Numbered from the stretch's first letter, positions 20,463-30,439 are shown. The stretch: DNA of 64,000 nt from Fimbriimonadia bacterium (GCA_041483895.1 JBGPGO010000004.1:1-64000); one strand, 5' to 3'. A program made the numbers and translations. The notes: generated by a model not told the origin, from the sequence alone.

Positions 20463-22916
20463 ATGCGGGCTATTATTGTAGTTTTTGTTGCATTTGCTTT
20501 CGCCTTCGGCGGCGTTGCCGATCCTCCCACGCCGCCGTTCAAACGCCTCTGGACCTTCTGCCCCGACGGTCCGATCTTGGGCTACTTCGTGACTGGCGAA
20601 CGCATCTGCTATATTACGAACACGGTCTACGGCGCGATTCGACTCTCCAACGGAACCCCGCTGTGGTCGGTGCCGACGGCCGAAGGCAACCGCGTTCGCG
20701 AACTGTCGCTATTTGGGGGACATCTCTATCTCACCACGGACTCCAAAACCATTGAGATTCGGCAGTCGGACGGCGCCGTTGTCGAGAAGAGCGAAATTCC
20801 CGTCTCCGGTTTCACGCATTGCAATGGCTTGCTCATTGGAAGCATGCCAAACGCCGCATACGGCGCGGTATCAGCGAAAACTCACCACGTTGTTTGGAAA
20901 GTGCCTTCCGGTACCAACAAACTGATCACCTCCGGACCGTCCGATCCTCCCATTCTATCCGGCGGAAAGATGTTTGCGGCGGCACTGGCCATGGTCTGGT
21001 CTTTCGATCCAAAAAATGGCCGCATTCTTTGGACCTATCGGGCGGCGAAAAAAGATGCGGGAACGGGTGGGCTCGCGGCGGGCGGTGGCAGGGCCATCTT
21101 CTTAGGATCGGATGGACAGGTCACGGCGTTGAATGCAAGATCCGGCAAGCGCATTTGGTCCATTCTCAGCGACATCGATCCATCGGGCGCGCCCTTCCTC
21201 TGGTCGGGGCTTGTGATTCTGGTTGGCCGCGAAGGCAGGGTGCAGGCGCTCGATCCGGCAACCGGGCGCAAGCGATGGATGACGAGGCTCAGCGATAAGA
21301 TGTACGATGCCATCACCGGCCCGCAACCGATGGGGAACAAACTGCTCGTCGGCTTCTCATCGCGGCTTGCGGCGCTCGACTCGAACGGCAAAGTGAATTG
21401 ACAATACGATCTGGAGGCCGATCTCTCCTCCGGCCCAATCCATTTGCTTCCGAACGGCATTCTGATGCCTGGATGGCGCGGGATCTATCGCTTCGAGATG
21501 GGAGCTCCAGAGCCCATGCCAACAGACCAGGCCATTCGCCGATCCGTGCTTGACAACCTACTCAAGGAAAGCAGCTGGAATCCAGACGAGGAGAGGCTGT
21601 TCATCAAATATGGGGATGACGCTTTTCATGCCATTTTGTCTGAGCTAAAAGGCACAATCTCAGACTATCTCAAAGCAGTTGAATCGGGCATATCCGAACG
21701 GGATGCGAATGATAGATACCGTTCGACTTTGTCAGAAGAATGCAATAGGCTGGCGCTTGTATTTCAACCGAAGCACACGCAAGAATTGATCGATGCCATG
21801 CCGACGCGATCCCGGGACCCGTACGGCGATCCAAGAACTTCATTGGTCAGCCTCTTGGCGCGAAAGGGCGATGACCGGGCGGTAACACTGTTCCTCGACG
21901 AAGCCAACAATGGAGTGAAACAGTACGCGTATCATTTCCTATGTCGTTCATCCCATCCCAATGCCGTCCAATTCCTGATCCATACCCTCGATGATCCAAA
22001 AGCCGATCCGCAGTATCGCAATTTGGCCTATGCGAACCTAGCGGGGACGGGTGGCGAAGAGGGCCTGAAGGCGGTGCTGCGATGGCGATCCACAGAGCGG
22101 CGGCGGATGGGCGAAATCCATCTCGAAGACCGCGACATGGTGGCGACGAAGACCGACGTCGGTGGACAACGATGGGCGTTGGCGCGGCTCTATTACTTGG
22201 GGAATAATTTCGACTTGTGGCTGGTAAGCTCGCGGGGCGAGAATTGGGTTGATCCGGTTTTCACCGGATACCATATCGCGAGCATTTATGAACATGCGCC
22301 GATCCCGGGCCCGGAAGTTGGGTCTGACAAAGCGTCACTGCAAAAACTGCTGGATCAGTTGATCGCCAATCCACCCAGCAAAGATTCAGACGGAGACGGG
22401 CTTGCCGATCTGGCGCAAATTCGTTTAGGAACATCTCCCACCAAAGCCGATTCGGACGGCGACGGCATCCCCGATGGCGAGGACCTGAATCCGCTCGCCG
22501 CGCCAAGGACGCTGACAGACGAGGAGCAGATCTATCGCGCCGCATTCGAAGCCATGTTCCGCTTCTATGATGTGAAGATGGTTATGCTTGTATACATACC
22601 AGATAGTTCGCGGCCGATGGAGTTTTTGGGCAGTAACGGAATCAACATTTGCGTCCATGAAAAGACAAAGAACAACTTGACGGCTTTTTTTGACGAGGGA
22701 GTCGCGACGCTGCGATTCGATCCGCCTCGATTTGACTTCGACGGGAAGTCGAACCTGCCCGACGGAACGGTTCTCAAGAGCATGGATCGCCAACGGGCGA
22801 AAATCGCGGTGTCCAAGCAGACTGGAATGCTGAACGGGACGGGATATGATGTTGAGCTTCGCAAAATCAGAGGTATCTGGGTCGTCGTGTCGGTGTACTC
22901 AACCTGGGTGTCGTAA
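20463..22916 (+). pseudogene. Secreted PQQ-repeat/HEAT-like/DxDxDG Ca-binding repeat protein interrupted by an in-frame TGA at 21399-21401
   Basis: ORFs 20463-21401 and 21444-22916 share a frame; GKVN*QYDL puts the stop at the conserved Trp of a PQQ repeat. Confidence 0.65.
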
Positions 22917-22961
22917 GCGACAAAGTGGAACCAAATGTCGGCGGAATCGCTATAATGAGTC

Positions 22962-23936
22962 ATGACCTGCCCACATTGCGCCAAGGATATCCAGCCGGGG
23001 GCCAAGTTCTGCATGTTTTGCGGCAAGCCGATGGTGGCGGAGCGGACGCTCGATGCCCTGAGCTATCCGCAAGCCCCGCGCACGGCTGAGGCTGTCGGCC
23101 CACAGACAGGGGCGGTTGCCAGGCCTGCTCGGCCTGCCGTCAAGAAATCCGGCCTGACCGGCGCCCAGAAGATGACGGCGGCGGCCATCGGAGTGGCTCT
23201 GCTCGCGTTGCTGGGTCTGGTGGCGTGGAAGGCGGGACTGTTCCAGGCACGAGGCAGCAACCCCAACACCGGCGTTCTGGAGGCGAAGGGCAGCAACCCG
23301 AAAACGGGCGTTCTGCAGGCGGCAGGCTCGAACCCCAAAACCGGCATCCTTCAGGCTGAAGGCAGCAAGAACGGCAAACCCGCAACCATGCCTGCCGACA
23401 TTGAGGACTGGCTGAAGCACTTAGAGCGGTGCGAGAAGCAGCGGCAAGGCCTGATTGCCGACGAGAAGGCCTCCTTCAAGGTGACCGCGACGAAGCTTTC
23501 GGTTGGGGGCGGCGTGGACGCACTCAACAAGATTATGGAAGGCGGCGACCCGAAACCGCCAGGCGACGAATTGGCCTCGCAGACCACCGCCATGCGCGCC
23601 GACTGGAACCGCCTCATTCAGTTCTTCGGTTCCAAACCACCACCTCCTCGATGTCGGAAGCTGGCGATGACCTACGACAATGTTCTAGTGCAGACATCGC
23701 TTTCGATGTTGGTGATTGGGGACATCCTGGGCGGCGCGGCGAAAGACCCGCAGGGTGCCGTATCCAAGTTGCAGGGCATGGAGGGCGATACGTATCAGAA
23801 CATAGACGTTCCGGTTGCGTCCTCCGATAATCAGGTGAAGGAGATTTGCCGTGATTATAATAAAGACAAGTGGTTTGTGATTAAGGGCGACGTGGCGGGG
23901 CCGTTGGCCGGGACCGGAGGAGGGAACGGGTTCTGA
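22962..23936 (+). CDS. Zinc-ribbon membrane protein with GSNPKTGVL repeats and a helical C-terminal domain
   Basis: CPHC...FCMFCG, one TM segment, three to four 11-aa repeats. Confidence 0.75.
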   Translation: MTCPHCAKDIQPGAKFCMFCGKPMVAERTLDALSYPQAPRTAEAVGPQTGAVARPARPAVKKSGLTGAQKMTAAAIGVALLALLGLVAWKAGLFQARGSNPNTGVLEAKGSNPKTGVLQAAGSNPKTGILQAEGSKNGKPATMPADIEDWLKHLERCEKQRQGLIADEKASFKVTATKLSVGGGVDALNKIMEGGDPKPPGDELASQTTAMRADWNRLIQFFGSKPPPPRCRKLAMTYDNVLVQTSLSMLVIGDILGGAAKDPQGAVSKLQGMEGDTYQNIDVPVASSDNQVKEICRDYNKDKWFVIKGDVAGPLAGTGGGNGF

Positions 23937-24101
23937 CCCCCCTATGCGCGCTGGCATAAGAAGCGGTATTATTTCGGCCATCGATGACGGCTACTCGCTG
24001 ATACTTAAGTTGAGAAGCTGGGACCTCTTGCTGGATATCATAACTCGACGCAATCGGTACGAGGCGTTGTTGATGTTGCAACTTGCGGGGAGCGAAAGTC
24101 G

Positions 24102-24791
24102 ATGATTTGGCGCCGCCGAGTTACCAACCATTTTGCGATCAGGATTTTGATGTTAGCCGCTGTGGCATGGCTGTCCCTTTTGGCAAATGTCGGCTGCCGG
24201 AACCGGACGACTGCCTCCCCAGAATCGGCAGCATCTATCGCTCCTCGGAGCAATGCTGGCGCACCGCCGGCGTATTCTAATCCTGGCGCAATTCGGAATG
24301 ATCAACCTTCCGCAGAAGAACAAGCCGCCCAAAGCTATTTGGATCGTCTGAGGACCGTGCAGTCACACTTCACGACCGTCTGTGCGACGATGCGGCAACG
24401 GAGTGTCGAACTGATAGCCCAGGGTCGGAGGAGGATGGAGGCAATCCGCGCGGGAAACCCCGATAACGGTGATACTAAGGACTGGGACAATTTCCTTTGG
24501 GATACAGGCCGTAATATGAAGACAATAATTAGTGAAGCGGGATCGTTATCCCCGCCGAATTCCGCCGTTGCATTGAATGACTCGTACAAACGGTATTTGC
24601 AGGCCACGTTTGATGCCCTTGGACGAATCTGGAGCGGCCTGAAACTTGCCGACAGCGACCCAAAGGCGGGAAGCGAGTACCTCCAGCAACAAAAGCAGGA
24701 CACGAGCGTCACGATCGCAGAACAGACCGCGAAAAAGGAATTCTCCGCATTTGTAGCAAAGTGGCACCTCCATCCTTCTTGGCAATTGTGA
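24102..24791 (+). CDS. Putative lipoprotein, paralog of 25156-25932
   Basis: Lipobox-like NVGC; shares YLDRL, GSLSPP, FVAKWHLH.W.L. Confidence 0.7.
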   Translation: MIWRRRVTNHFAIRILMLAAVAWLSLLANVGCRNRTTASPESAASIAPRSNAGAPPAYSNPGAIRNDQPSAEEQAAQSYLDRLRTVQSHFTTVCATMRQRSVELIAQGRRRMEAIRAGNPDNGDTKDWDNFLWDTGRNMKTIISEAGSLSPPNSAVALNDSYKRYLQATFDALGRIWSGLKLADSDPKAGSEYLQQQKQDTSVTIAEQTAKKEFSAFVAKWHLHPSWQL

Positions 24792-24908
24792 TCAAGGCGG
24801 ACGTCGCGGGGCAGATGACCGGCACCGGCGGTGGGACCGGTTTCTGACAGGTGTCCGCGGACGCGAGGCCGGTAGCAATTGAATTCGCGAGGGCATTCGG
24901 ACCCGTGG

Positions 24909-25094
24909 CTACATTTCCTTGTCTCGACCCATGCGCTCCGAATAGGACTTGATATCACGTGCCATGCGCTCCGGGTGTTCAGCTTCCATCTTCTTCAACA
25001 TTTCGAAAATCTTGTCCATATCAAAGTCGCACTCCTCCGCAATCTGACGACGGATCTCGTGAATCTCCTCGACGATCGGGTCTATCAGCATCAT
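24909..25094 (-). CDS. Small protein resembling partners of PIN toxins (DPIVEEI...D.D.IF..LK..E)
   Basis: 61-aa ORF with that N-terminal pattern. Confidence 0.55.
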   Translation of the reverse strand: MMLIDPIVEEIHEIRRQIAEECDFDMDKIFEMLKKMEAEHPERMARDIKSYSERMGRDKEM

Positions 25095-25155
25095 AGAGCT
25101 GGATTATAGCCTTCTCGTTTCCGGACAAGTTACAATACAGCCATAATGGAGGGCA

Positions 25156-25932
25156 ATGATGCCGAAGTTTGTCATCGAACGAGAGCTGCCAGGAGCGGGC
25201 GATCTATCCAAGCACGACCTCCGCGGTGTGGCGGGTAGGCCGAAAGCATTTTGCCGCCGCACTCCCAGCCATTATGCGTTCAGGTTTTTGTTGTTTGCCG
25301 TCGTGGCAGGCTTGCCTGTTTTGGCAGGTGTCGGCTGCAAGAATCGGTCCGGTGCAAACCTGCAGTCGGCAGGCTCCAATGCGGTCCCCCAGACAACCTC
25401 CAATGGAACACCGGCATTTTCCAACCCGAACGCGATTCAGAATAATGAACCGACAACGGATGCAAAAGCGGCGCAGGCCTACTTGGACCGTCTAGGCCCC
25501 ATCAACGCTCGGTTCAATACTCTGTTCAAATCGATGGATGACAAGATGATCGCCATGATCCAGGATGCGGAGCAGAAAGCGCGTTCCGGGGCGCCCCCGT
25601 CTGAGGCAAGCATTTCGGAAGAATTCCAGGTAACGATGAGACCGGCTGCCACGGAAATGAACGCCATCTTTAAGGAGTTCGGTTCCCTGTCTCCGCCTCC
25701 TTCGGCCAAACCGCTGCACGATACCTATCTCCGATTTCTAACGTCGACCTGGGATGCCCTTCGCAAGGTCTGGGACGGATTAGAGATGGGGAAGGTAAAT
25801 CCACAGGCGGGATCAGACTACATGAAGCAGCAGGGGCTCGCTCAGACCGTCGCGGCGGCGCGGCAAGAAGTCGGGAGAGAACTGTCGGCGTTCGTATCAA
25901 AATGGCATCTGCATCAAACCTGGCGTCTGTGA
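25156..25932 (+). CDS. Putative lipoprotein, paralog of 24102-24791, with a DUF4242-like N-terminal stub
   Basis: RBS GGAGGG; MPKFVIERELPGAG; lipobox-like GVGC; YLDRL, GSLSPPP, FVSKWHLHQTWRL. Confidence 0.7.
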   Translation: MMPKFVIERELPGAGDLSKHDLRGVAGRPKAFCRRTPSHYAFRFLLFAVVAGLPVLAGVGCKNRSGANLQSAGSNAVPQTTSNGTPAFSNPNAIQNNEPTTDAKAAQAYLDRLGPINARFNTLFKSMDDKMIAMIQDAEQKARSGAPPSEASISEEFQVTMRPAATEMNAIFKEFGSLSPPPSAKPLHDTYLRFLTSTWDALRKVWDGLEMGKVNPQAGSDYMKQQGLAQTVAAARQEVGRELSAFVSKWHLHQTWRL

Positions 25933-25987
25933 CAAAGTGTTCGTCATTGCTCCGCACCAAGATCGACGCGACGACAGAGGAATAGCT

Positions 25988-26020
25988 TCATCCCTTCACA
26001 GTGCGACTGTGAAGGGATGA
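25988..26020. repeat. Palindrome TCCCTTCACAGT-N3-ACTGTGAAGGGA between convergent genes
   Basis: Second copy at 35708-35734, also between convergent genes. Confidence 0.75.
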
Positions 26021-26029
26021 CAGAGCTTC

Positions 26030-26818
26030 CTAGCGACAGCGGCAGCTACAGGTGATTTTGCCGTCAATCTTGTTGTTGGAAGACGAGGCGGTTGCAATGA
26101 CGACACAAACTGTCTGGACATGACCTGCTGGAGGCTTCGGACATTTGCGCCCCTTGCAGATCGCTGCGTTCGCGGCCTTTTCACATTCCGCCTCGGCCTT
26201 TTTCGCAAGGTCCTCGGCGCTGGTGCCTTCAATGTGCCGCTTGATCTCCCAAGAAGCGGCGTAGTCACAGTCTTTTGCCTCCAGCGGCTTTTCGCATTTG
26301 CACTTGCAAGTGACGCGAGTCGGGAGCGCTAGATTACAGCTCACCGGCATGCTGCCATTGGGACAGTTCGTTGGGCAACCGGCGGTACCGATCGGCACGG
26401 CCGCGCAGACGGCTGCCGAACTTGCGGACACGATCGGCTCGCATTTGTCGAGTTGAGGAGCTTCTTTCCCACCGGGCGGAACCTTGCCGACCGGCGGGCA
26501 TTTCCTTTCGGCGCACTTCTTGTTTCCGCCAGAGGTTGGCTCATTTACGCCGCATTGCTTCTTCAGCTCTTTATTTAAGGCTTCGGTCGCTTCGGCAGCG
26601 CTGCATCCGCAGCCCGTGATCCCGGCGCCCTCATATTCCCAGGCCGCCTTTACTTCGCAGTCGGCAGCCTGTGCACTGGCTCGAAGCATGCCGGTACTCA
26701 ACATTCCCAGGAACATCGCCAAACCGCCGGCCATTCTCCCAATCCAACCGAGGAAATCCCTGCGCGTCGTGAGGTTGGCTACCGATTCCGCTAGTTTCGT
26801 AACTTTCTTTTCTCCCAC
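26030..26818 (-). CDS. Tat-exported cysteine-rich protein (22 Cys, two internal repeats)
   Basis: TTRRDFL twin-arginine motif, ASA/AQA cleavage region, RBS GGGAGG; both repeats end T-C-x-C-x-C. Confidence 0.8.
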   Translation of the reverse strand: MGEKKVTKLAESVANLTTRRDFLGWIGRMAGGLAMFLGMLSTGMLRASAQAADCEVKAAWEYEGAGITGCGCSAAEATEALNKELKKQCGVNEPTSGGNKKCAERKCPPVGKVPPGGKEAPQLDKCEPIVSASSAAVCAAVPIGTAGCPTNCPNGSMPVSCNLALPTRVTCKCKCEKPLEAKDCDYAASWEIKRHIEGTSAEDLAKKAEAECEKAANAAICKGRKCPKPPAGHVQTVCVVIATASSSNNKIDGKITCSCRCR

Positions 26819-26836
26819 TTTGTCCTCCCTTATCCG

Positions 26837-27424
26837 TTAGGGCGCCGCATCAATGTGATGTGCGGATTGATGCCGTTCATCGACACTAGATAATAAAAAC
26901 TGAATGTGCTGGTCGTTGTTCACGACACCCGTCGCCAGAATCTTTCCGTCCGGGCCGATATAGAAGGCGAACGGTGTCGCGAAAACCTCGTACTTCTTGG
27001 AGACTTCCCAATTGTGCTGAGCCGCGAACGGATATGCTCGCCCATTCGATTCAGCTATCTCGCCGGCCGGAATGTTGCAGACCTCCAGCACCGAGACCTG
27101 CCCTTTCTTATGTAATCGAGATAGCGCCGGCTCCACCGTGCTGCACGGCCCTCAGCCGGGCTGCGTAAATACCAAGAGTACCGATCTATCCGCAAAGTTG
27201 CACAGCCGGATAGTTTTTCCGTCGGGGTCAGGCAATTCAAAGTCAGGGGCCGTGGCGCCTACCTTCAGCCCGCTTCGATTGGTCTTCGATGGTGTGACAG
27301 CAGCCAACTGGTCCAGCCGCCATTGCATCAAGGCAAGCTGCCGCAAGACGCCAAGCATCAGGAAGATGCCAAACGCCGTGAGGATCCCGCAAGTCGTGAC
27401 GAGAACGATAAGACCAGTCGACAC
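26837..27424 (-). CDS. MauD/TlpA-like membrane-anchored thioredoxin, probable selenoprotein (UGPC)
   Basis: N-terminal TM, GLKVGATAPDFEL, VFTQPG-TGA-GPC in frame with the downstream ORF, cis-Pro motif ATPFAFYIGPDGKI. Confidence 0.75.
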
Positions 27425-27540
27425 GTCGCCCCTTTTCTGCCGGTTAAATCACCAGCAAGGAACATACCTTATCATGCCTCGCATCATTTGTCAATAAATT
27501 ACGGCTCATAAGACAGTCATTTTCCTTTTCGGACTCGATT

Positions 27541-28479
27541 CTAGGCTCGCCATCTTCGTGCCAGCTCATCCGCAGCGGCTTGCCATTCCGGGTATTGGAA
27601 CTCGAATCCCGCTTCCGGCAAGCGGCCCGGTACCACGCGCCTGCTCTTCAGGATCAATTCCGTTTCGGTCTTGATGAATACGGCGCCGATCTCGAGCAGC
27701 CACGCCGGTGTCGGCAGGCCAAACGGGGCACGGACGGCCCGTCGCATGATCTGATTGAACTCGCGGTTGGGGATCGGGTTGGGGGATGAGATATTGACCG
27801 CGCCGGACAACTCATCGTGCTCGATCAGAAACTGCACGGCGTTGGCGAAATCCATCTCATGAATCCACGAGATGTACTGCCGGCCGTCTCCAGCCTTGCC
27901 TCCCAGACCCCGCCGAGCAAGAGTCGCCAAGGTGTCGAAGACGCTGCCCTTGTCCGGGCTCATGATCATGGCGGAGCGCATCGCCACCTTTCGCGTCTTC
28001 GGGGTATCGGCGGCGTCCAACTCCTGTTCCCAAGCCCTTGCCACACCGATGCTGAAGCGCCACGTCTCCGGAACGCCCGGTTCGTCTCCACCAATGATGC
28101 CGGTCGCCTCGTCATTCGGCGCATCGTAGCGGTGCGCGTAGATGGTTGCCGTGCTCGCCTGCAGCCAGACCTTCGGCGGACTTTTGGCTTGTGCGATGGC
28201 CTGCCCGATAACGCGCGTCGAGTTGACGCGCGAATCTATGATCTCCTTGCGGTTGCGCTCGTTGTATCGGCAATTGACGCTTCGCCCGACGAGGTTGATA
28301 ACCACGTCGGCCCGTTGGATTTCGGCTGTCCACGGACCCAGCGTCTCGGCGTCCCAGGCCACCTCTTCCGCACTTTTCGGGTGGCGCGACAGGACGACAA
28401 CGTCATCGCCGCGCGCGGCAAAATGCCGGCGCAAGACAGCCCCCACGCTGCCGCTCCCACCGGGGATTACAATGCGCAC
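27541..28479 (-). CDS. TIGR01777/YfcH-like NAD-dependent epimerase-family oxidoreductase
   Basis: GGSGSVG, VINLVG, SRVNST, GDGRQYISWIH, SRRVVPGRL..AGF.F. Confidence 0.88.
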   Translation of the reverse strand: MRIVIPGGSGSVGAVLRRHFAARGDDVVVLSRHPKSAEEVAWDAETLGPWTAEIQRADVVINLVGRSVNCRYNERNRKEIIDSRVNSTRVIGQAIAQAKSPPKVWLQASTATIYAHRYDAPNDEATGIIGGDEPGVPETWRFSIGVARAWEQELDAADTPKTRKVAMRSAMIMSPDKGSVFDTLATLARRGLGGKAGDGRQYISWIHEMDFANAVQFLIEHDELSGAVNISSPNPIPNREFNQIMRRAVRAPFGLPTPAWLLEIGAVFIKTETELILKSRRVVPGRLPEAGFEFQYPEWQAAADELARRWRA

Positions 28480-29231
28480 AGCCGCTCCCAATTATCGCGG
28501 ATATACAGATAGTCCTCTTCGGTATCCAGGTCCAGCGCGGTGCGGGGCGAGGCCGCCAGGTCACCGAATGCGGCGTCATCTACCAACTGTTCAACCTTTC
28601 GTTGCGCGTGTTCGATGCTGAGGCGGCCCGTCCTAAACCGGACCAGCGTCCAAAGTCCAAGCTGCATCGCCACCTTCAATTGCGACTTGCGGGAAGCGAT
28701 CATCGCCTGCAGATGATGAGAAATGCGCTCGGCGGTGGAGGCGCGCAAAATGCCGAGACTGCCGGTCGCGAATTCCCCCTCCCGTATCCGGATGTAAGTG
28801 TATGGCCCGCCCGGATGCTCCCGCTCCGCGGCCGCGCGCGGAACGAACGTCATTCCCACCCCTGCCTCTTCCGGCAATCGCGCCGCAAAGGATTCGATGT
28901 CTTCCGGTCGCAATAAGGGCGTATCGCCCGGCAGTGTCATCAACCGCTCGTCGGAACCCTTCACGCCGAGCGCCTCCATTCCCAATAGGATGTTTGCTAT
29001 CGCACCATCACTCTCCGGCAGAAACTCGGCGCCAAATTCTTTGGCGAATAGTTGCAGTTCGCGCGCGCCGACCAAGACGACTTCGCGGACTGTTTTGGAC
29101 TGCCGGACCGCATCCAATACGTAGGTGATCGTCGGGCGCCCGCCGAGCTCGATGAGCCCTTTCCGATCGCTGCCCGCTACCGCCGTGAGGTCCGGTGCGG
29201 CATATCCGCCGGCGAAGATGACCGCCTTCAT
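28467..29231 (-). CDS. MobA-like nucleotidyltransferase
   Basis: AVIFAGG, KGL...GRP, GDTPL, DLDT.ED. Confidence 0.85.
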   Translation of the reverse strand: MKAVIFAGGYAAPDLTAVAGSDRKGLIELGGRPTITYVLDAVRQSKTVREVVLVGARELQLFAKEFGAEFLPESDGAIANILLGMEALGVKGSDERLMTLPGDTPLLRPEDIESFAARLPEEAGVGMTFVPRAAAEREHPGGPYTYIRIREGEFATGSLGILRASTAERISHHLQAMIASRKSQLKVAMQLGLWTLVRFRTGRLSIEHAQRKVEQLVDDAAFGDLAASPRTALDLDTEEDYLYIRDNWERLCAL

Positions 29232-30379
29232 CGCATCGCGCGGTAGCCCCGAGCGATGCGGACGAACATCTCGATCCCGACCGGCAGCGCCTCGTCGGCA
29301 AAGTCGAACTTGGGGTTGTGGCAGAACGGGCGGTCCCCCAGGCCGAGCCAGAAGAAGCAGCCCGGCGCCTTCTCCGCATAGCAGCCGAAGTCCTCGGCGC
29401 CCATCGACGGCGCGTCCACCCAGCGGACCCGCTCCTCTCCAAAAGCCTCCTTAGCCGTGTCGCCGACAAAACGCGCAAGCTTGGGATCGTTCATCGTGAC
29501 CGCAGTGCCTTCGATGCAGGAAAATTCCAGAGTCGCCCCAAACGCCTCGCACAGCGACCGGCCCATCTTGTCAAGCTGCAGCGGTATCTCTTTGCGCAGC
29601 GCCGGCGATACGGTCCGCCACGTGCCGCAAAGCCGCGCCTCCGGCGGGATGATGTTGTACGCGCTTCCGGCATCCATCCGCGTAACGGTAACGACGGCGG
29701 GGTCCACCGGCGAGGTCTGACGCGACACGATGGTCTGCCAGGCCGCGATCAAATGGGCCGCCACGACAATGGGATCGACGCAGCCCTCCGGGTGCGCCGC
29801 GTGGCCCCCCTTCCCTTTCACGACCGCGTCGAACCGGTCGGACGAGGCCATGATCGCCCCCTCCCGCAAACCGATGGTCCCCAGCGGCAAACCCGGCCAG
29901 CCGTGAAGACCGAACACCGCCTCCGGCGCCGGGTCCTCCAGCGCCCCGTCCGCGATCATCGCCTTCGCGCCCTCGACGTTCTCTTCCGCAGGTTGGAAGA
30001 TCAGCTTGACGGTGCACGACGGCGGGTTCTTGGCCAGCACCTCCGCCGCGCCAAGCAGCATGGTGGTGTGGCCGTCGTGGCCGCATGCGTGCATCTTGCC
30101 CGCCGCTCCCGACGCATACGGCAGCCCGGTCTCTTCGAGTATCGGCAGCGCGTCCATATCCGCCCGCAGGGCAATGACCGGTCCGCCGTCGCCGATCAGC
30201 GCCGTCAGGCCGCTGCCGTTCACATGCTCGCGGGGCTTTAGACCCATCGCCATCAATCGCTCCCGCACGATGGAGACCGTTCGAGACAGGTCAAAGCCCA
30301 ACTCCGGGTGGACATGCAGGTCATGCCTCAATTCCCGGAGGCCCGGCAGCAGCGACGCGATTTGGTTGGCTATAGTCAC
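29228..30379 (-). CDS. M20 family amidohydrolase
   Basis: HPELGF, LRADMDALP, MHACGHDGH, FQPAEE, AEDF; start uncertain (30379 or 30406). Confidence 0.92.
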   Translation of the reverse strand: MTIANQIASLLPGLRELRHDLHVHPELGFDLSRTVSIVRERLMAMGLKPREHVNGSGLTALIGDGGPVIALRADMDALPILEETGLPYASGAAGKMHACGHDGHTTMLLGAAEVLAKNPPSCTVKLIFQPAEENVEGAKAMIADGALEDPAPEAVFGLHGWPGLPLGTIGLREGAIMASSDRFDAVVKGKGGHAAHPEGCVDPIVVAAHLIAAWQTIVSRQTSPVDPAVVTVTRMDAGSAYNIIPPEARLCGTWRTVSPALRKEIPLQLDKMGRSLCEAFGATLEFSCIEGTAVTMNDPKLARFVGDTAKEAFGEERVRWVDAPSMGAEDFGCYAEKAPGCFFWLGLGDRPFCHNPKFDFADEALPVGIEMFVRIARGYRAMR

Positions 30380-30439
30380 AATGAACTTATACCCGTCCGC
30401 AACCATTCTATCGTTATGGGGCGTACCAAAAGAACAGCG

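Noticed and set aside
26030..26818. Methylamine dehydrogenase small subunit (MauA)
   Set aside because: Tat signal, Cys richness and a MauD-like neighbour fit, but length, two-repeat structure and motifs do not; no mauB, mauE or mauG nearby
20463..27424. Genome-wide TGA recoding
   Set aside because: lepA, mgtA, accA and other conserved genes end properly at TGA
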